Assembly: GCA_013239625.1 (NCBI GenBank)
Contig: MU054220.1
Span: 6,122,626-6,186,625, forward strand
Source of the DNA: Lama guanicoe
Lineage: Eukaryota
DNA: 64,000 bases
Reading direction: 5' to 3'
Shown: piece after piece, positions 38,956 to 51,959 of the stretch
Layout of the letters: each line of letters begins with the position of its first letter
Position numbering within the stretch: the stretch's first letter is position 1
Made by a program: the position numbers and the translations under genes
The notes under the pieces: generated by a model
The model's database searches: none
Seen by the model: only the letters and a program-made list of their open reading frames with translations
What the model was told of the DNA's origin: nothing

Positions 38956-39699
38956 ATGCAAAACACTAAAATTCAACACCCATTTATGATAAAAACTCGT
39001 ACCAAAGTGGGTATAGAGGGAACATATCTCAACATCATAAAAGTTATATATGACAAACCTACAGCCAGCATAGTACTCAATGGTGAAAAACTCAAAAGCG
39101 TCCCACTAAAATCTGGGACAAGACAAGGATGCCCACAATCACCACTCCCATTCAACATAGTCTTGGAAGTCCTAGCCACAGCAGTCAGGCAAGAGAGAGA
39201 AATAAAAGGGAGCCAAATTGGAAAAGAAGAGGTAAAAGTGTCACTATATGCTGACGACATGTTACTATATATAGAAAACCCTAAAAAGTTCACACAAAAA
39301 CTGCTAGAGCTGACTGAAGAATTCAGCAAGGTAGCAGGTTACAAGATTAATGTTCAAAAATCAGTTGCATTTCTTTACACTAATGATGAATCAACAGAAA
39401 AAGAAAGTAAAGAAACAATCACCTTTAAAATAGCACCCAAAGTAATAAAATACCTAGGAATAAATCTAACCAAGGAGATGAAAGAATTATACACAGAAAA
39501 CTATAAACCATTGATGAAGGAAATTAAAGAAGACTTTAAAAAATGGAAAGATATCCCATGCTCTTGGATTGGAAGAATCAATATTGTTAAAATGGTCACA
39601 CTGCCCAAGGCAGTCTACAGATTTAATGCAATCCCTATCCAATTACCCAGGACATATTTCACAGAACTAGAACAAATCATAATAAAATTTATATGGAAC
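38956..39699 (+). pseudogene. L1 ORF2p reverse-transcriptase fragment, open frame up to the gap
   Basis: KIQHPFMIK...GTRQGCP...YADDM...GYKINVQKS...KYLGINLT...[18 protein letters not shown]...KFIWN are L1 ORF2p motifs; endonuclease and N-terminal RT are missing. Confidence 0.95.
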
Positions 39700-40158
39700 N
39701 NNNNNNNNNNNNNNNNNNNNNNNNNNNNNNNNNNNNNNNNNNNNNNNNNNNNNNNNNNNNNNNNNNNNNNNNNNNNNNNNNNNNNNNNNNNNNNNNNNNN
39801 NNNNNNNNNNNNNNNNNNNNNNNNNNNNNNNNNNNNNNNNNNNNNNNNNNNNNNNNNNNNNNNNNNNNNNNNNNNAAAAAAAATACAAAACAGAAACAGA
39901 CTCACAGACATAGAATACAAACTTGTGGTTGCCAAGGGGGCAAGGGGTCGGAAGAGACAGACTGGGATTTCAAAATGTAGAATAGATACAAGATTATACT
40001 GTATAGCACAGGGAAATATATACAAGATGTTATGGTAGATCACAGAGAAAAAAATGTGACAATGAATTATATATATGTTCATGCATAACTGAAAAATTGT
40101 GCTCTACACTGAAATTTGCTACATTGTAAAATGATTATAAATCAATAAAAAATATTAA
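38968..40158 (+). mobile_element. Young 5'-truncated L1 (ORF2 RT fragment, gap, 3' UTR)
   Basis: Perfect 15-bp TSD aaaatgcaaaacact at 38953-38967 and 40159-40173 at a TT/AAAA site; ORF2 peptide and 3' UTR with aataaa and A-tail. Confidence 0.97.
39700..39875. other. Assembly gap (176 N)
   Basis: Run of n. Confidence 1.
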
Positions 40159-40269
40159 AAAATGCAAAACACTGACAGTTTAGGTAATATAATTCATATA
40201 TAACAGTATTATTTAAAATGTTAGAATATTAATATAGTTTTAAATTAGAAAAAGTTATTTAAATATTAT

Positions 40270-40520
40270 TTATAGAGTTTTTAATAACAAGGGAAATGAT
40301 AAATACATGTTAAATGTAAAAACATAGGACAAAATGTTGTCTATACAATTTGAGCATATGTAAAACATATGCACAGTGAAACGGACTAAAAGAAGACCCA
40401 CCGAATGTTATTACTTTGTGTGGTGTTATTATGGAGTGAGATTGTTTTCCAACTTTGCTTTGCTGTATGCTCCAAACTTCTACAATGAGCATATATTACA
40501 TCGATAATAAAAAGGAAAAA
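40270..40520 (+). mobile_element. Old L1ME 3' fragment
   Basis: ccaaacttctacaatgagcatatattacatcgataataaaaa terminus. Confidence 0.6.
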
Positions 40521-43500
40521 GATAACAAGCAAAAATCACTACCTTTAGTGTTTAGGAGTGAAAAATAATTATTGCCAATTCTTAGTGACTCTGTCACCAC
40601 AAGAAAGGATCAGACTGTGTTTTGATACTAAACTAGGTGAAGTATTTTAGAATTTTGCAAATAATTTATGGGTATACATGTCAGAGTTAACCCCCTTGTT
40701 TGCATTGTCCTTTTTTAAGACAGAAAAAGTAATAAATTAACTCTTCACCAGCCACACCCAGACTCAATCAGTACTCAGCTAGACAGCCAGAACTCAGCAG
40801 GGAAGACAGAGCTTCTCTTATGTAAAGTCACATAAACACTCTATGTATTTTAGAAACGTGTATCACCGTTCTTAGGACTTAAATTCATGTCAGGCACCTT
40901 TAGCTGGAGTCTAACCTGGACCTGTTTAGAGAGAAGCAGCTGAGAAATGAATGTCATGTAATTCTGGACAGAAGTAGTTGAATTTCCTGTGTTTCTTAAG
41001 GACTTAGTCAAAATAAGTGGTGATGCTTTGATGAAATGGTTGTACTTTGGTGTTTACACTTTGATGAATCCTCCTGAGAGCCTCCCCTGAAGGGACCTTG
41101 TGCTTTCTAGTCAGGCATCTCCCTGAAACAGATACCTTACATAAATTAGACATAAGTGGAACTTCAAGGATGGAGTTTAGTTCCACATCTAGTGCTGGAC
41201 CACTTGCCCCTCCACACAAGGATCTTCCACCAGTAGTTAAGCCCCGATGGTCAAGATGAACTGACCCTTCCACAGGAAGGGGAGGTTCCTGTTCTGTTTA
41301 TTTCTGTCTGACTGGAATGCTCAGTTTCTGAAAGAAGAGGATAAATATTAGAAAATTCAGTAAGAAAGAATCTCATTGAACAGACATTGTCAGATCATTC
41401 TGTTCCCAGTTTTGTTTTGCAGAATGGAGTCCTTTGCTATGGTTAGAATTAATTATTATGTAATGTAGATGTTTATGTCCATGGCTTATAGATTTGTTTA
41501 TTGCCAGGCTTAATTTGGAGGTCTTAGTGCTTCCTTTTTGGCAATAGATACACTGTGCCTTACACAATAAAAGATATCTTCTCTTTCCTACAGCTAAAAT
41601 AGTGACTGGGAAGGTACGGTGTAGATGGTGGCCTTCTCACAGCACTTTCTGGTGGGGCTAGGATGTCAGAATGCCTTGACTGCAGGAACTGTCTCTCTGT
41701 TGGAGACTGTGTGCTTAGCCATAATAGTCTAATCATTTAGAAATCAAGAGGAAGCTGACTCAGAAATGTTGTCCCCTAGGTAGTTAAAAAAAACTGGACA
41801 ATAAGGCTTATTATATAATCTGAAGGGATTTATTTATGATTTACAGTAGAGAAGTGAATAGTAAGTGGGGGAAAATACTTTCAATGTGTTTTATGACTGA
41901 CAGGTAAGTCTAAGAATTAAGTTACTCCCATTACTTGAAACTACTAGAATGTGCTGGGTACAGTGACTAGGTAGAGCAGAGCTAAATGCATCAGCTGTGT
42001 TGTGGCTGCTCATTTCCTACGTACAGCCTGAGTGAGAGGTTTTCAAGTACATCAACCTTTATTACATCTCCTAAAATCCTCAGAAGTACAAGAGACTAAT
42101 TGTTGTCGACCACTGTGACGATTACCAAACATGGCAGAGAATTTTCTTCAGAAACATGGAACAGAAAGTAGAGACAAGGCATTCCCTACACACTGAGTAA
42201 AAAGATATTTTTATACATGCATTTCCTTAATCTTGCAGATGGCCACTTGGGCCCATGCCAGATTCAGAGAGCTAGACAGGACCATGCGGTCCAGCTAAGC
42301 AGGTCACTTTCATTGAGCCTCAGCTTTCTGCCTGGTTCTAAGTCAGATGCCAGGGATTCCGTTACCGGAGTAAAGCAGGGATCTTGATCTCCAGGAGACT
42401 CTAGCCTGGGGTCGTGCCAGGACCTGTAGTACAGTGTGTACCTTGGTCTTAGCTACCTTCTCAAAGTGGTAAACACACAAGGAATGTATTTTAAGCCACT
42501 TGTGAGTATTCAGTATACATATTTACAGAAATATCTTCAAATGGGCAGCTATCAATAGATAAGATCATGCTATAATACGAATCATAAAAAGAGTATTTGG
42601 TACATTTTAGAATATCTGTTGTATTTTTTACATTTATTCTAGTCAATACTTTCAAGTAGATACAGTGATGATCCACTTTGAGAAAAGATAAACAGTAAGA
42701 AAGTTTTGCCTGAGCATACTTTATTATTTGATCGCATTTTCTTGATTACAAAATACAAGCTATGCCCATAGTTTCTGATTGTTAAATGGTAGATAACAGT
42801 CTTCATTAATTCTTTTACAAAGTAACCCTCATAATATTAGAAATTTCAGACTAATATCTCTTTCTATTTTTCCTACAACTTTAAAAATTCAGTATAGAGT
42901 GTTATATCTGTCAAACTGGGTCTTTGGGGGGAATGTCATCTTTATTTTATCACATACGATTCATATGTTTCATCTTCATGGAACCCCTTAGGTATCTACC
43001 TTATAAAGATTATGGCACTATCAAAACATCTATATTTCACATATCCTGTGAGTTTAAGATTGAGCTTCTGAAGTATAATGTCCAGAGCAGATGTCAAAGG
43101 CCTAACCTCAATTTCATATAATGGAATGACTGTCAATGGGTTTTGTGAGGGGAGGGGAATCTGTCTCTATTTTGGTGATGTTGTGATTTCAGAGGAATCT
43201 TTTCCTCTCCTTCTGTAACATTTTGTCATTCAGTGTCTCTCCCTGGAGCTGTATGTAAGAATCTTGCCTCAGAGCTCTTTTTGTTGTCTCATGCTCAGCA
43301 ATGCTTAATGAACTGACGTGCAAAGAAGAGGTTAAATAATTTAACTCTGTAAGATGAGTGTTCACATGGGAGTCTTATAACACTTAAAATAAGTCTTCTA
43401 AAAGATTTTTACTGATGTGAGTTTTGGAGCTTTGCATATGAGTTTGAGACTTGGAAATGAAGCAGTAAGAAATCATTTACGAAGTGTTACTGAGTTACTA

Positions 43501-43929
43501 AGGAAATAACCATAGGTTTGGCCATTTATGAGATTAGTAAGTAAAGCCCTATTCCAGATCAGCCTCCAAAAGTGGCCCTTCAGATATAGTTTAGTAACAC
43601 TTACCACATGAAAAAGCTATCTCCCTTTATATTCTTGCTGTCTTACAAAATATTACCAATACACAATAAAGTTCTTTAAGGCATTTTGGGAAGAAAACTA
43701 TATAGGTAATTCATAAACAAGTTCATCATTCGGTTTCTGAAATGGTTCGGGAAAAAAGTTTATGTAGCAAAAGTTATTTTAATATAATTAGAAAAATGTG
43801 TAATTCATAAGTGTTGAGATCCAAAGAGACAAATCTGACATTTCTGGGAAAGCAAATTGGATAGATTTTTCATGTAACAGATGTAACAGATACATGGAGT
43901 CATTCGTAATGTGTTGAATTCTATCATCT

Positions 43930-44560
43930 TTTCATTCATTTTTTATTTCATTCATTTGTTCAACAAGTACTGTGTACTTGAGAACTGTGCTAAGTTCTGG
44001 ACTATCTGTGAGCCATAAGCCAATACCAACACGGTCCCTGGCTTCATATATCTTCTAACTAGAACTGTAAGTCTCCACCAAAAACTCAAGAGAGAAAGTC
44101 GAATATATGATCTTCGCTGCATAGAAGGGAAAGTGAATATAATAATGATGAGGTGATGCAACGTTAGCAGGACAAAAGAGACAGTGTGAGAGTATACTGT
44201 AGGGCACTTTCTCAGTTTGGAGATTTCACAGAAGGCTCTCGAGAAGAGGTGATCTGTACCTTAAAAAAATCTTGAGAGACTATTCCATACACTCACCTTT
44301 TCATTAATTTAATAAGCATCAGGTGCTGTATTCAAACTATTGTGCTCATCACAGGAGAACCTAGGAAGGAATGAGGCAAAAGCATGTAACCTGAGGAGTT
44401 TCATGGTCTAATATGCCTAGTTTATGGAGAGTCAGGAGAGGAAAGTAAATTACAATAGAAGTACCAGGGGACTCACAGAGAAAGGAGCATCACTATCAAG
44501 GGAATTGGAATGGTTGGGAGGATTTACAAAGAAAGGGTCCTACATTCAAGTCTTAAAATA
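43930..44560 (-). mobile_element. L2 fragments
   Basis: ttcattcatttgttcaacaagtac, acggtccctggcttca, gaaggctctcgagaagaggtga. Confidence 0.7.
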
Positions 44561-46571
44561 AAAAGAAAACAGAGACTTACCATTATGGAAATACAGAGAG
44601 GTAAAGTAAATGTCTTTTTCCATATTTATCCCACTGAGTACTACTGAAAACCTTGGAAATTATATATAAAATGAACAAAATAATATACTAAAAGGTGGAG
44701 AAAGGAAGGAAGACAGGTTAGGGGCCACAGGCTCCAAGAAATGACATGGTATGAAATCATTTAGTTTTCGTTCTAGCTCATATATTCCAGACTTAAAGAT
44801 GTAGAAGCTGGAAATCCAGAAATGCCAATGGATGCCTACAAATTAAAAAAAAAATGCAACAAATATGCTAATAATACCCAAATCACCTAGACAATAAGTG
44901 CTGTTTTCTAGCCAAACACCACGGAAAACTGCAGTCTGCCCTCCACTCGCATCAGCAAAGTTTGAGAGGAAAATCAAGAGTTCCCCCCTCACCAGGTTGT
45001 AATAAAGTGTGCCAATCCCTGCCCCTCAACCAAGGAGTTGTCAGAGAAGAATGAGTAGAGAGCCAAGAAATCCTATTCTCCCTACTGGATGGTGTCAAAA
45101 GAGGGCTGATGTGGATTCAGGACTTTGACCACTGTCCAGCAGTAATTAAGTCCCCTCCACTGTGACAGTGAAGACTACAGGGACAGCAGTAATGAGGCAC
45201 ACATGCCCCTTGCAAGCTCTCTCCCCTACACAGAAATCTGATGGGGAGCCAACTCCACCGAGCAGTAAGGAGGAGCTACCGTTCAAGTATCAACAGAAGG
45301 TGAGTGGGGACCTTGAATTCTATCTCCACTTGGCTGTGACTCTTCCTTCCTCTGCCAGAGTAATGATAGAAGAAGCCAGGATACCGTTTCAGGGAGTATG
45401 CAATGTAGGCAGGCTTTAAGTGGCTGAAAATCTGCTTATTTGGGCTCTATTTTAAACAACTGAATATGTAAAAATTTAAGTTTGGTGCTGGCTTTTAAGC
45501 AAACAGAACCAAGCCTGCTGTGAAGAAGTAAACAACACAGGGTCAACTTACAGGAGTGATTTTTAAGCCATTTATATGATAAAATGGACCAATGAGCCAT
45601 AACAAATATGCTTGATTGAAGCAAATAACAACTAGAAAGTCTCAGCAAAGAAATAGAAAATATAAAGAAGAATGAAATGGAAAATTGAGATTTGAAAAAT
45701 AATCAATAAATGCATTAATAACTTGATGGATGGAGATGAGAACAGAATGGATGAGACAGGGAAAAAAATTCAGTGAACTTGAAGAGAAAACAATAGAAAT
45801 CTGCCACCTAAAAATCAGACAGAAAATCAATAGGGGGAAAAAAAAAAGAATAGACTGTCAGGAACCTGTAGGACTACAACAAAAATCTAACGTTCAAGTC
45901 ACTGGAATTCTGGAAGGCGATAAGAAAGAGAGTAAGGCTGAAAAATAACTTGAAATAATGGCTAGAAATTTCCTCAAACAAGGAAGCAAAAGACACAAAC
46001 CTAAAGAGCCAAGAAGCAAAGCATACTGCAAAGAGGGAATGCGCCCCCTCCCAAAAATCATACTAAGACACAACATAGATCAAGTTCTGACCACTAAAAC
46101 AAAGGAAAAAAAATCTTGAAAACAATAGGAGAAAAATATCTTACTTGCAGGAAAAAAACCAAAAAAGTATTTGAATGAAAACAGACTTCTCACCAAGAAC
46201 CATGGAGCCGAAAGAAAGCAGCATAATATTTTCAAGCGCCTACTGAAAAGAGCTGCAATCTGGAATTCTGCATCTAGGCAAAATATCCCTCAGGAATGCA
46301 GAGGAAATTAAGACATTTTCAGATGAAGAAAAACTAAGGGAATTTATCAGGAGCAGGCCTAAACTAAAGAGTAACTGAAGAAAAGTTTCTAAACAGGAAA
46401 AATAAAAATATATAAAAGAAGGAAGCTTGGGACATCAAAAAGGAAGGAAGAATAGCCAAAAGAGTGAAAATACGAGTAAGTACATACATCTTCCTTGAGT
46501 TCTTTAAGCAAAAATTGTAACACTCTTTTGTGGTTCTCAGTGTATGTCGAGGAAATATTTAAGAAAATTAT

Positions 46572-46622
46572 ATCTTTATCTCTATCTCTATCTCTATCTA
46601 TCTATCTATCTATCTATATATA
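46572..46622. repeat. (TCTA)n microsatellite
   Basis: Visible run. Confidence 0.9.
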
Positions 46623-47044
46623 AACAGGTGCTCAAAAACACTATAGAAAACCAATATGAAGTTCTAAAAAATTCTCATTGTGTTCTCTGACCACAAAGGA
46701 ATTAAACTTGAAATCAATAACATAAAATAACAAAAATGTTCAATAGTTAGAAGCTAAACAATGCACTTCTAAATAATCCATGGGTCAATACAGAAAGTGT
46801 CAAGAAATAATTTTTAAAAATACATTAAAATAAATACAAATGAAGGTACAACACACCAAAATTTGTCGAGCACAGCGAATCAGTGAAGAGAAGGAAATAC
46901 ACAGCTCTAGATGCTTACATTAAAAAAGAGAAAAAGACTCAAATCAGTAATCTAAGCTTCCATTTCCAGAACCTAGAAAAAGAAGACACAAAGCAAGCAG
47001 AAAGAAAGAAATAATAAGAGTATAAATGAAGTAACTGTAAAATT

Positions 47045-47382
47045 CCAACACAGGCTAAATATTGATGAATCTTGAAGACATTATGCTAAGTGAAAGATGC
47101 CAGTCCAAAAAGGGATAACTATTTCATGTTTCCAGTTACACGAGATACGTAGAGTATAGATGAAATGGAAAGTAATATGATGGTTGCCAGAAGCTGGGGA
47201 AGGGAAAATGGGGAGTTATTGTTTAATCACTATTGAGTTTTAATTTGAGAAGAGGAAAAAGTTCTGGAAATAGATGGTGGTGATGTTACTGTATTTAATG
47301 TTACTGGACTGTAATTAAAAATGGTTAAAATGGAAAATTTTATGTATATTTTACCACAGTTTTTTTTAATCTACAAAAAAAA
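47045..47382 (+). mobile_element. L1MB-type 3' end nested in the older L1
   Basis: gatgaatcttgaagacattatgctaagtgaaa...tggttgccag...gttctggaaatagatggtggtgatg...tattttaccaca. Confidence 0.85.
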
Positions 47383-48835
47383 TCAAGGAAGTTAAACAAA
47401 AAACAGCACAGAAAGTCAATGAAGCAAAATGCTGGTTTACTGGAAAAAAAATGAATAAAATGGAAAGACTAACAGGAAAAATAAACAGTTGAAAATATAA
47501 ATTACCAATATCAGGAATGAAACAAAATACATCAGTATAGACCCTGCAAGCATCAAAAAATTATGGGGGAAAACTATGAACAACTCTATGCACAAAAATT
47601 GACAACTTACATGAAACGGGACAATTTATTGAAAGGTACAAACTACCACAACTCACTTAATATGAAGTAGGTGATTCTAAAAGCCTTACAACTATTACAG
47701 AAACTATGTTTGTAATTTTAAAAAAATGCCATAAAAGTAATGTCTAAGCCTTGATGATTCCACTGGAGAGTTGTTTAAAACTTTAAAAGCATTAACACTG
47801 ATTCTGCACAATATATTTCACAAAAAAATCAGGAAGAAAGAAATATTTCCCATTTCATTGTATAAAATCATTAATACTAAATCAGGGCCAAAAAGTGCAA
47901 GAAAGAAAAGCTAGAGCCTTACTATCATTGCAAATATAGTTGAAAAAAATTCTAACAAAATATTTGCAGTGAATTTATCAATGGAAAAAGAATTATGCAC
48001 CTCGGACAAGTGGAGTTTATTACAGCGATTCAAGGCTGGCTCAGTATTGAAAAATCAATTAATGTAGTCCATCATATTAGTAGGCTAAAGAAGGAGGATC
48101 ACACAATTGTATCATTCAGTGCAGAAACAATATTTAACAAAATTCAGCACTCATTCATGATAAAAACTCTCAGAAAAATGGAATAGAGGAGAACTTCAAC
48201 TTGTTAAAAAACCACCTTAAAACCCTGAAATTATGCCACAATAAAGTTGTTAAAAAAAAAAGAACTATAGTTAACATGATAGTTAACATAATACTTAATG
48301 GCAAAAGATGGGATTCTTTCCCCTAATATTAGAAATGAGGCAAAGATGTCTGATTTCACTGCTCTTGTTCAACATAGGGCTGGAAGTTCTGGTCAGTGCA
48401 ATGAGGCAAAAGGAAATCAAAGTAAAAACTGAGTTTAGCAAGATCATAGAATACAAGATGAACATACAGAAAGAAAATGTATTTCTGTATACTAGCAATG
48501 AGCACATGAACACCCAAGTTAAAAACCCATGCCATTTACAATCAGTGACAAAAATGAAAAACATAGTTATAAACATAAGAAAACATGCACAGAGTTTTCA
48601 TGCTGCAATGCTGATGAAAGGAATTGAGAAGATCTAAATAAATGGAGAGACATACCACATTCATGGGTTGGAAGACTCAACATAGAAAACATGTTGTTTT
48701 CCCCAAATTAATATATGGGTTTAACACAATTCTTACCAAAATCCCAGCAAGGTACTTTGTAGATGTAGACTAGATTACTGTAAAGTTTATATGAAAAGGC
48801 AAAGAGACTAGAATAATGAGGACGATTTTGAAAAA

Positions 48836-50440
48836 GGGTTCTGTGTTGCCTCTTAATAGCAGTAACCACTTCACTCCTTTCTTCCTTATAAGGCAACCCC
48901 TCTCATCTGTTTCCCATTTCTACAATTTTGTCATTTCAAGAATGTTATGATTGGTATCATACAGTGTGTAACCTTGGAATTAGCTCCCCCCCCCAGTAAT
49001 TTTGAGACTCATACAAGTTGTTACGTGTACTGAGAGTTTGTCCCTATACATCGCTGAGTGTATATTACTCTGGTGTGGATTACCACAGGTCATTGAGTTC
49101 TTTCCCCTAAAGACTTCTGAATTGTTTCCAGTTTGGGGCTATTATGAATAAAGAAGCTATGAACATTTATGTGTAGGTTTTTGTGGAATATAAGGTTTCA
49201 TGTCTCTGAAATATATGCTCATGTGTGTTAACTGTTGGAACTTATGCCAGTTGCATGTTGAGTTTTTACAGAAACTGCCAGTTGCCTTGCATACTGTCTG
49301 AATGTGTCCTCTTCAAATTTGTATGTTGAAACCCTAATCTTCAAAGTGACTGTGTTCGGAGGAAAAGACTATGAAGAGGTGATAAAGGGTAGATGAAGTT
49401 ATAAGAGTGGAGCCCTAATCCTATAAAGCAGGTGTTCTTAAAAGAAGAGGAAGAGACACAAGAGCTCTCTCTCCACTGTGTGGACACACTGAAGTGGTGG
49501 CTATCTGCAAGCCAACAAAAGAGCTCTCACCAGAAACGGAGTCAGTCAGTACCTTGATCTGCACCTCCCAGCCTCCAGAATTATGAGAAATAAATTTCTG
49601 TTCTTTAAACTATCCAGTCTATGATGGCATTCTGTTATGGCAGCCCAAGCTGACTAATACCATTGCTGATGGGATGTTACAATTTTACATTCCCATCAGC
49701 TGTGTATCAGTACCAGTTTCTTTGCATTCTCACTAGCATTTGGTGTTGTATTTTTTTTTTAAACTTTAGCCATGCTGATACGTATTTGATAATACCTGTT
49801 GGGATTTTAATTTGCATTTCCCTAATAGCTGATGATGTTGAGCATTTTTTTCATGTAATTTGTGCCATCTCTACATTCTCTGGTGAGTTGGTGACTTGTA
49901 TGTCTGTGTCTTTTGCGCATTTTCTGATGGGATGATTTGCTATTTTTTACTCTTAAGTTTTGAGAATTCTTTATGTGTTTTATATTCCAGCTTTTTGTTA
50001 GATATGCAGTTTTCAACTATTTTCTCTGTGGCTACAACTTTTCTTCTCATCTTTCATAGGAGTAGGTCACAAAGCAAAGGTTTTAATTTTGATCACCCAA
50101 TTTATCATTTTTTTCTTTTATGAATTATAGTTTTGGTGTCAAGTCTAAACTATTTTTTTGCTTGGCCCTAGATCCAAATTTTTTTCAGTTTTTTCCAGAA
50201 ACTTTTAGAATTTTGCACTTTACACTAAATACACTTTCCATTTTGACTAAATTTTTGTAAGTATGATATTTAAGTTGGGTTTTTTGGTTATTGTTGTTGT
50301 TTGAAGGAAATATTTTGGCAATGAGTGCTAATTTCTCCTTGATCATTTGTTGAAAAGGCTATTATTCGTCTATCGAATTGGTTTTGCACTTTTGTCAAAA
50401 ATTAGTTAAGCATACTTGAATAGGTAGATTTTTGACTTTG
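48836..50440 (-). mobile_element. Inverted L1MC/MD segment (late ORF2 to 3' UTR)
   Basis: Antisense 3' UTR (ttttgtcatttcaagaatgttat, ccagtttggggctattatgaataaa) running back to antisense ORF2 (catttgttgaaaaggcta...cacttttgtcaaaaattag). Confidence 0.88.
49288..49661 (+). mobile_element. MLT1A/A0 MaLR solo LTR nested in L1
   Basis: gtatgttgaaaccctaatc, ctatctgcaagcc, ccagcctccagaattatgagaaataaatttctg, gcagcccaagctgactaatac. Confidence 0.9.
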
Positions 50441-51794
50441 ATATACAATTATATCGAAAGAAAAAGGTTAACTTTAACAAGTTAAAGAAAAAGATAAGAA
50501 AAACATGTCTAGCAAGAGTGAATCCAGGTTTATATTGGGAGAATGTGGCATGGCCTCTTCTCTGAAATAATGTACCATCTAGCAGTGGACACAGAGTGGC
50601 AGAACTAGAAGATTCTCACTTTGATAGCTAAGTCAGTTTTATTTAGAAAATAGAAGTCTGAAAATTAGAATAAAAGTAAAGTGTTCTGGCATTACCTTGG
50701 TAGCCTTCAAAATGATTAAGTTTAGAATGATTGAATATTAGTAAAACTTGCTATGCTAAAATCAATGCTTAGTCCTCTTTGTTTATTATATAAAGCTATA
50801 CAAAGTACATAACACTTTGAGATCATTTTGTATCTTTCTGAACCATGAGCTAGAGTCTGAACCAATTATCTAATCTTATACTATCAGTTAAATTAATAGT
50901 GCATAAAAAGGATGTACTAATTTATTTACACTAAATAGTGAGAAACAAAGATTTTGACTGATGACTGTTTAAAATGTGCTTTTAAGTACATTTTCTGGCT
51001 TTAAGAAGTCCCAAATAAAAATAATGGCATTGGCTTTGTCTATATCTAAGCAAAAGCATCAGTCCACCCTTAATGGGCTGAGTTTGCAATCCCAAAATTA
51101 GTCTTCCTAAGCTTCATGGTTCCCTACTTCACAGTAAAGCTGGCCAGTGAGGTACCTTTGGTCAAGGTGCAGAGATTCAGCCATCAAAACTGTGCTGACA
51201 ATTCTAACACGGAATAGAGTTCAGTATAACCAGCCCATTGCTCTTCAGAATTTGCAATGCTAGCAGGAGCACAGTGTATCTTGCAGGTAAAGTCAGCAAT
51301 TGTAGCACTAAACTGCACTTTGGAACGAATAGGAGAGTGGCACTTTTGAGACCGTAACTGCTGATATAACTTTCTGCTCTCTAAGCGTAGGTCAAGTCTG
51401 AGAATCAAAACCAGAGGGAAATATTAGGAGAAACATCCATAGTCTCATGCTTATCTGACAATGAACTTTAAATTAAATCTCACTTTATCTATGAAAGAGG
51501 AATCTGCATATAACATTTATATATAATTATACATAGCATATGTGATCTATTATCTACAAACATACATATATAAAATATCTAAGCTTTTAATATGTAAGGG
51601 ATATGCTTTGCTCATACTTCCATGCCCAATTATACTCATAATAAAGTAGAGTTTAAGAAAGTAGTGGTAGAATCATTATTTTCATGGAATTTTGTGGTAT
51701 GTAAAATTAAGTGAACTGAATGGTTATTTGCTGTGGGGAACACATAATACATATTATCAGAATGCCTGAGAGTGATTTGTGGATCTTCCTCCTA

Positions 51795-51959
51795 ATATAT
51801 ATTACATTCATACTGTAGTCCTTGGGCCAGTAGCCTCAATATATTTAAAGTGCATTAGAAATGCATATTCTAAGACCCAGTCTCAGACCTACTGAATCAG
51901 AATCTGAATATTAACGAGATCTGCAGGTGGTTTTTTGTACATTAAGTTTAGAAGCACTG
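51795..51959. mobile_element. MER5A-family hAT-Charlie MITE
   Basis: ttagaaatgca...cagacctactgaatcagaatctg...tttagaagcactg. Confidence 0.85.

Larger units (their letters stand above)
44572..48835 (+). mobile_element. Ancient L1 (L1MC/MD-type): 5' UTR, degenerate ORF1 and ORF2
   Basis: ORF1-like peptides (FSELEEKTIEI, KSNVQVTGILEG) and ORF2-like peptides (QVEFITAIQGWLSIEKSINVVHHI...KIQHSFMIKTL, LLFNIGLEVL); many stops; most of the endonuclease and the FADD region are deleted. Confidence 0.9.

Noticed and set aside
38956..40038. 360-aa ORF as a host or novel RT gene
   Set aside because: It is a 5'-truncated L1 ORF2 fragment with TSD and 3' UTR; its length is inflated by reading through Ns.
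48836..50440. Twin-priming 5' inversion as the cause of the inverted L1 segment
   Set aside because: Twin priming gives an inverted 5' piece joined head-to-head with a sense 3' piece; here the 5' part is sense and the inverted piece is internal.
50570..50592. CTCF site (accatctagcagtgg; similar at ~52528)
   Set aside because: Only partial matches to the core motif, as expected by chance.
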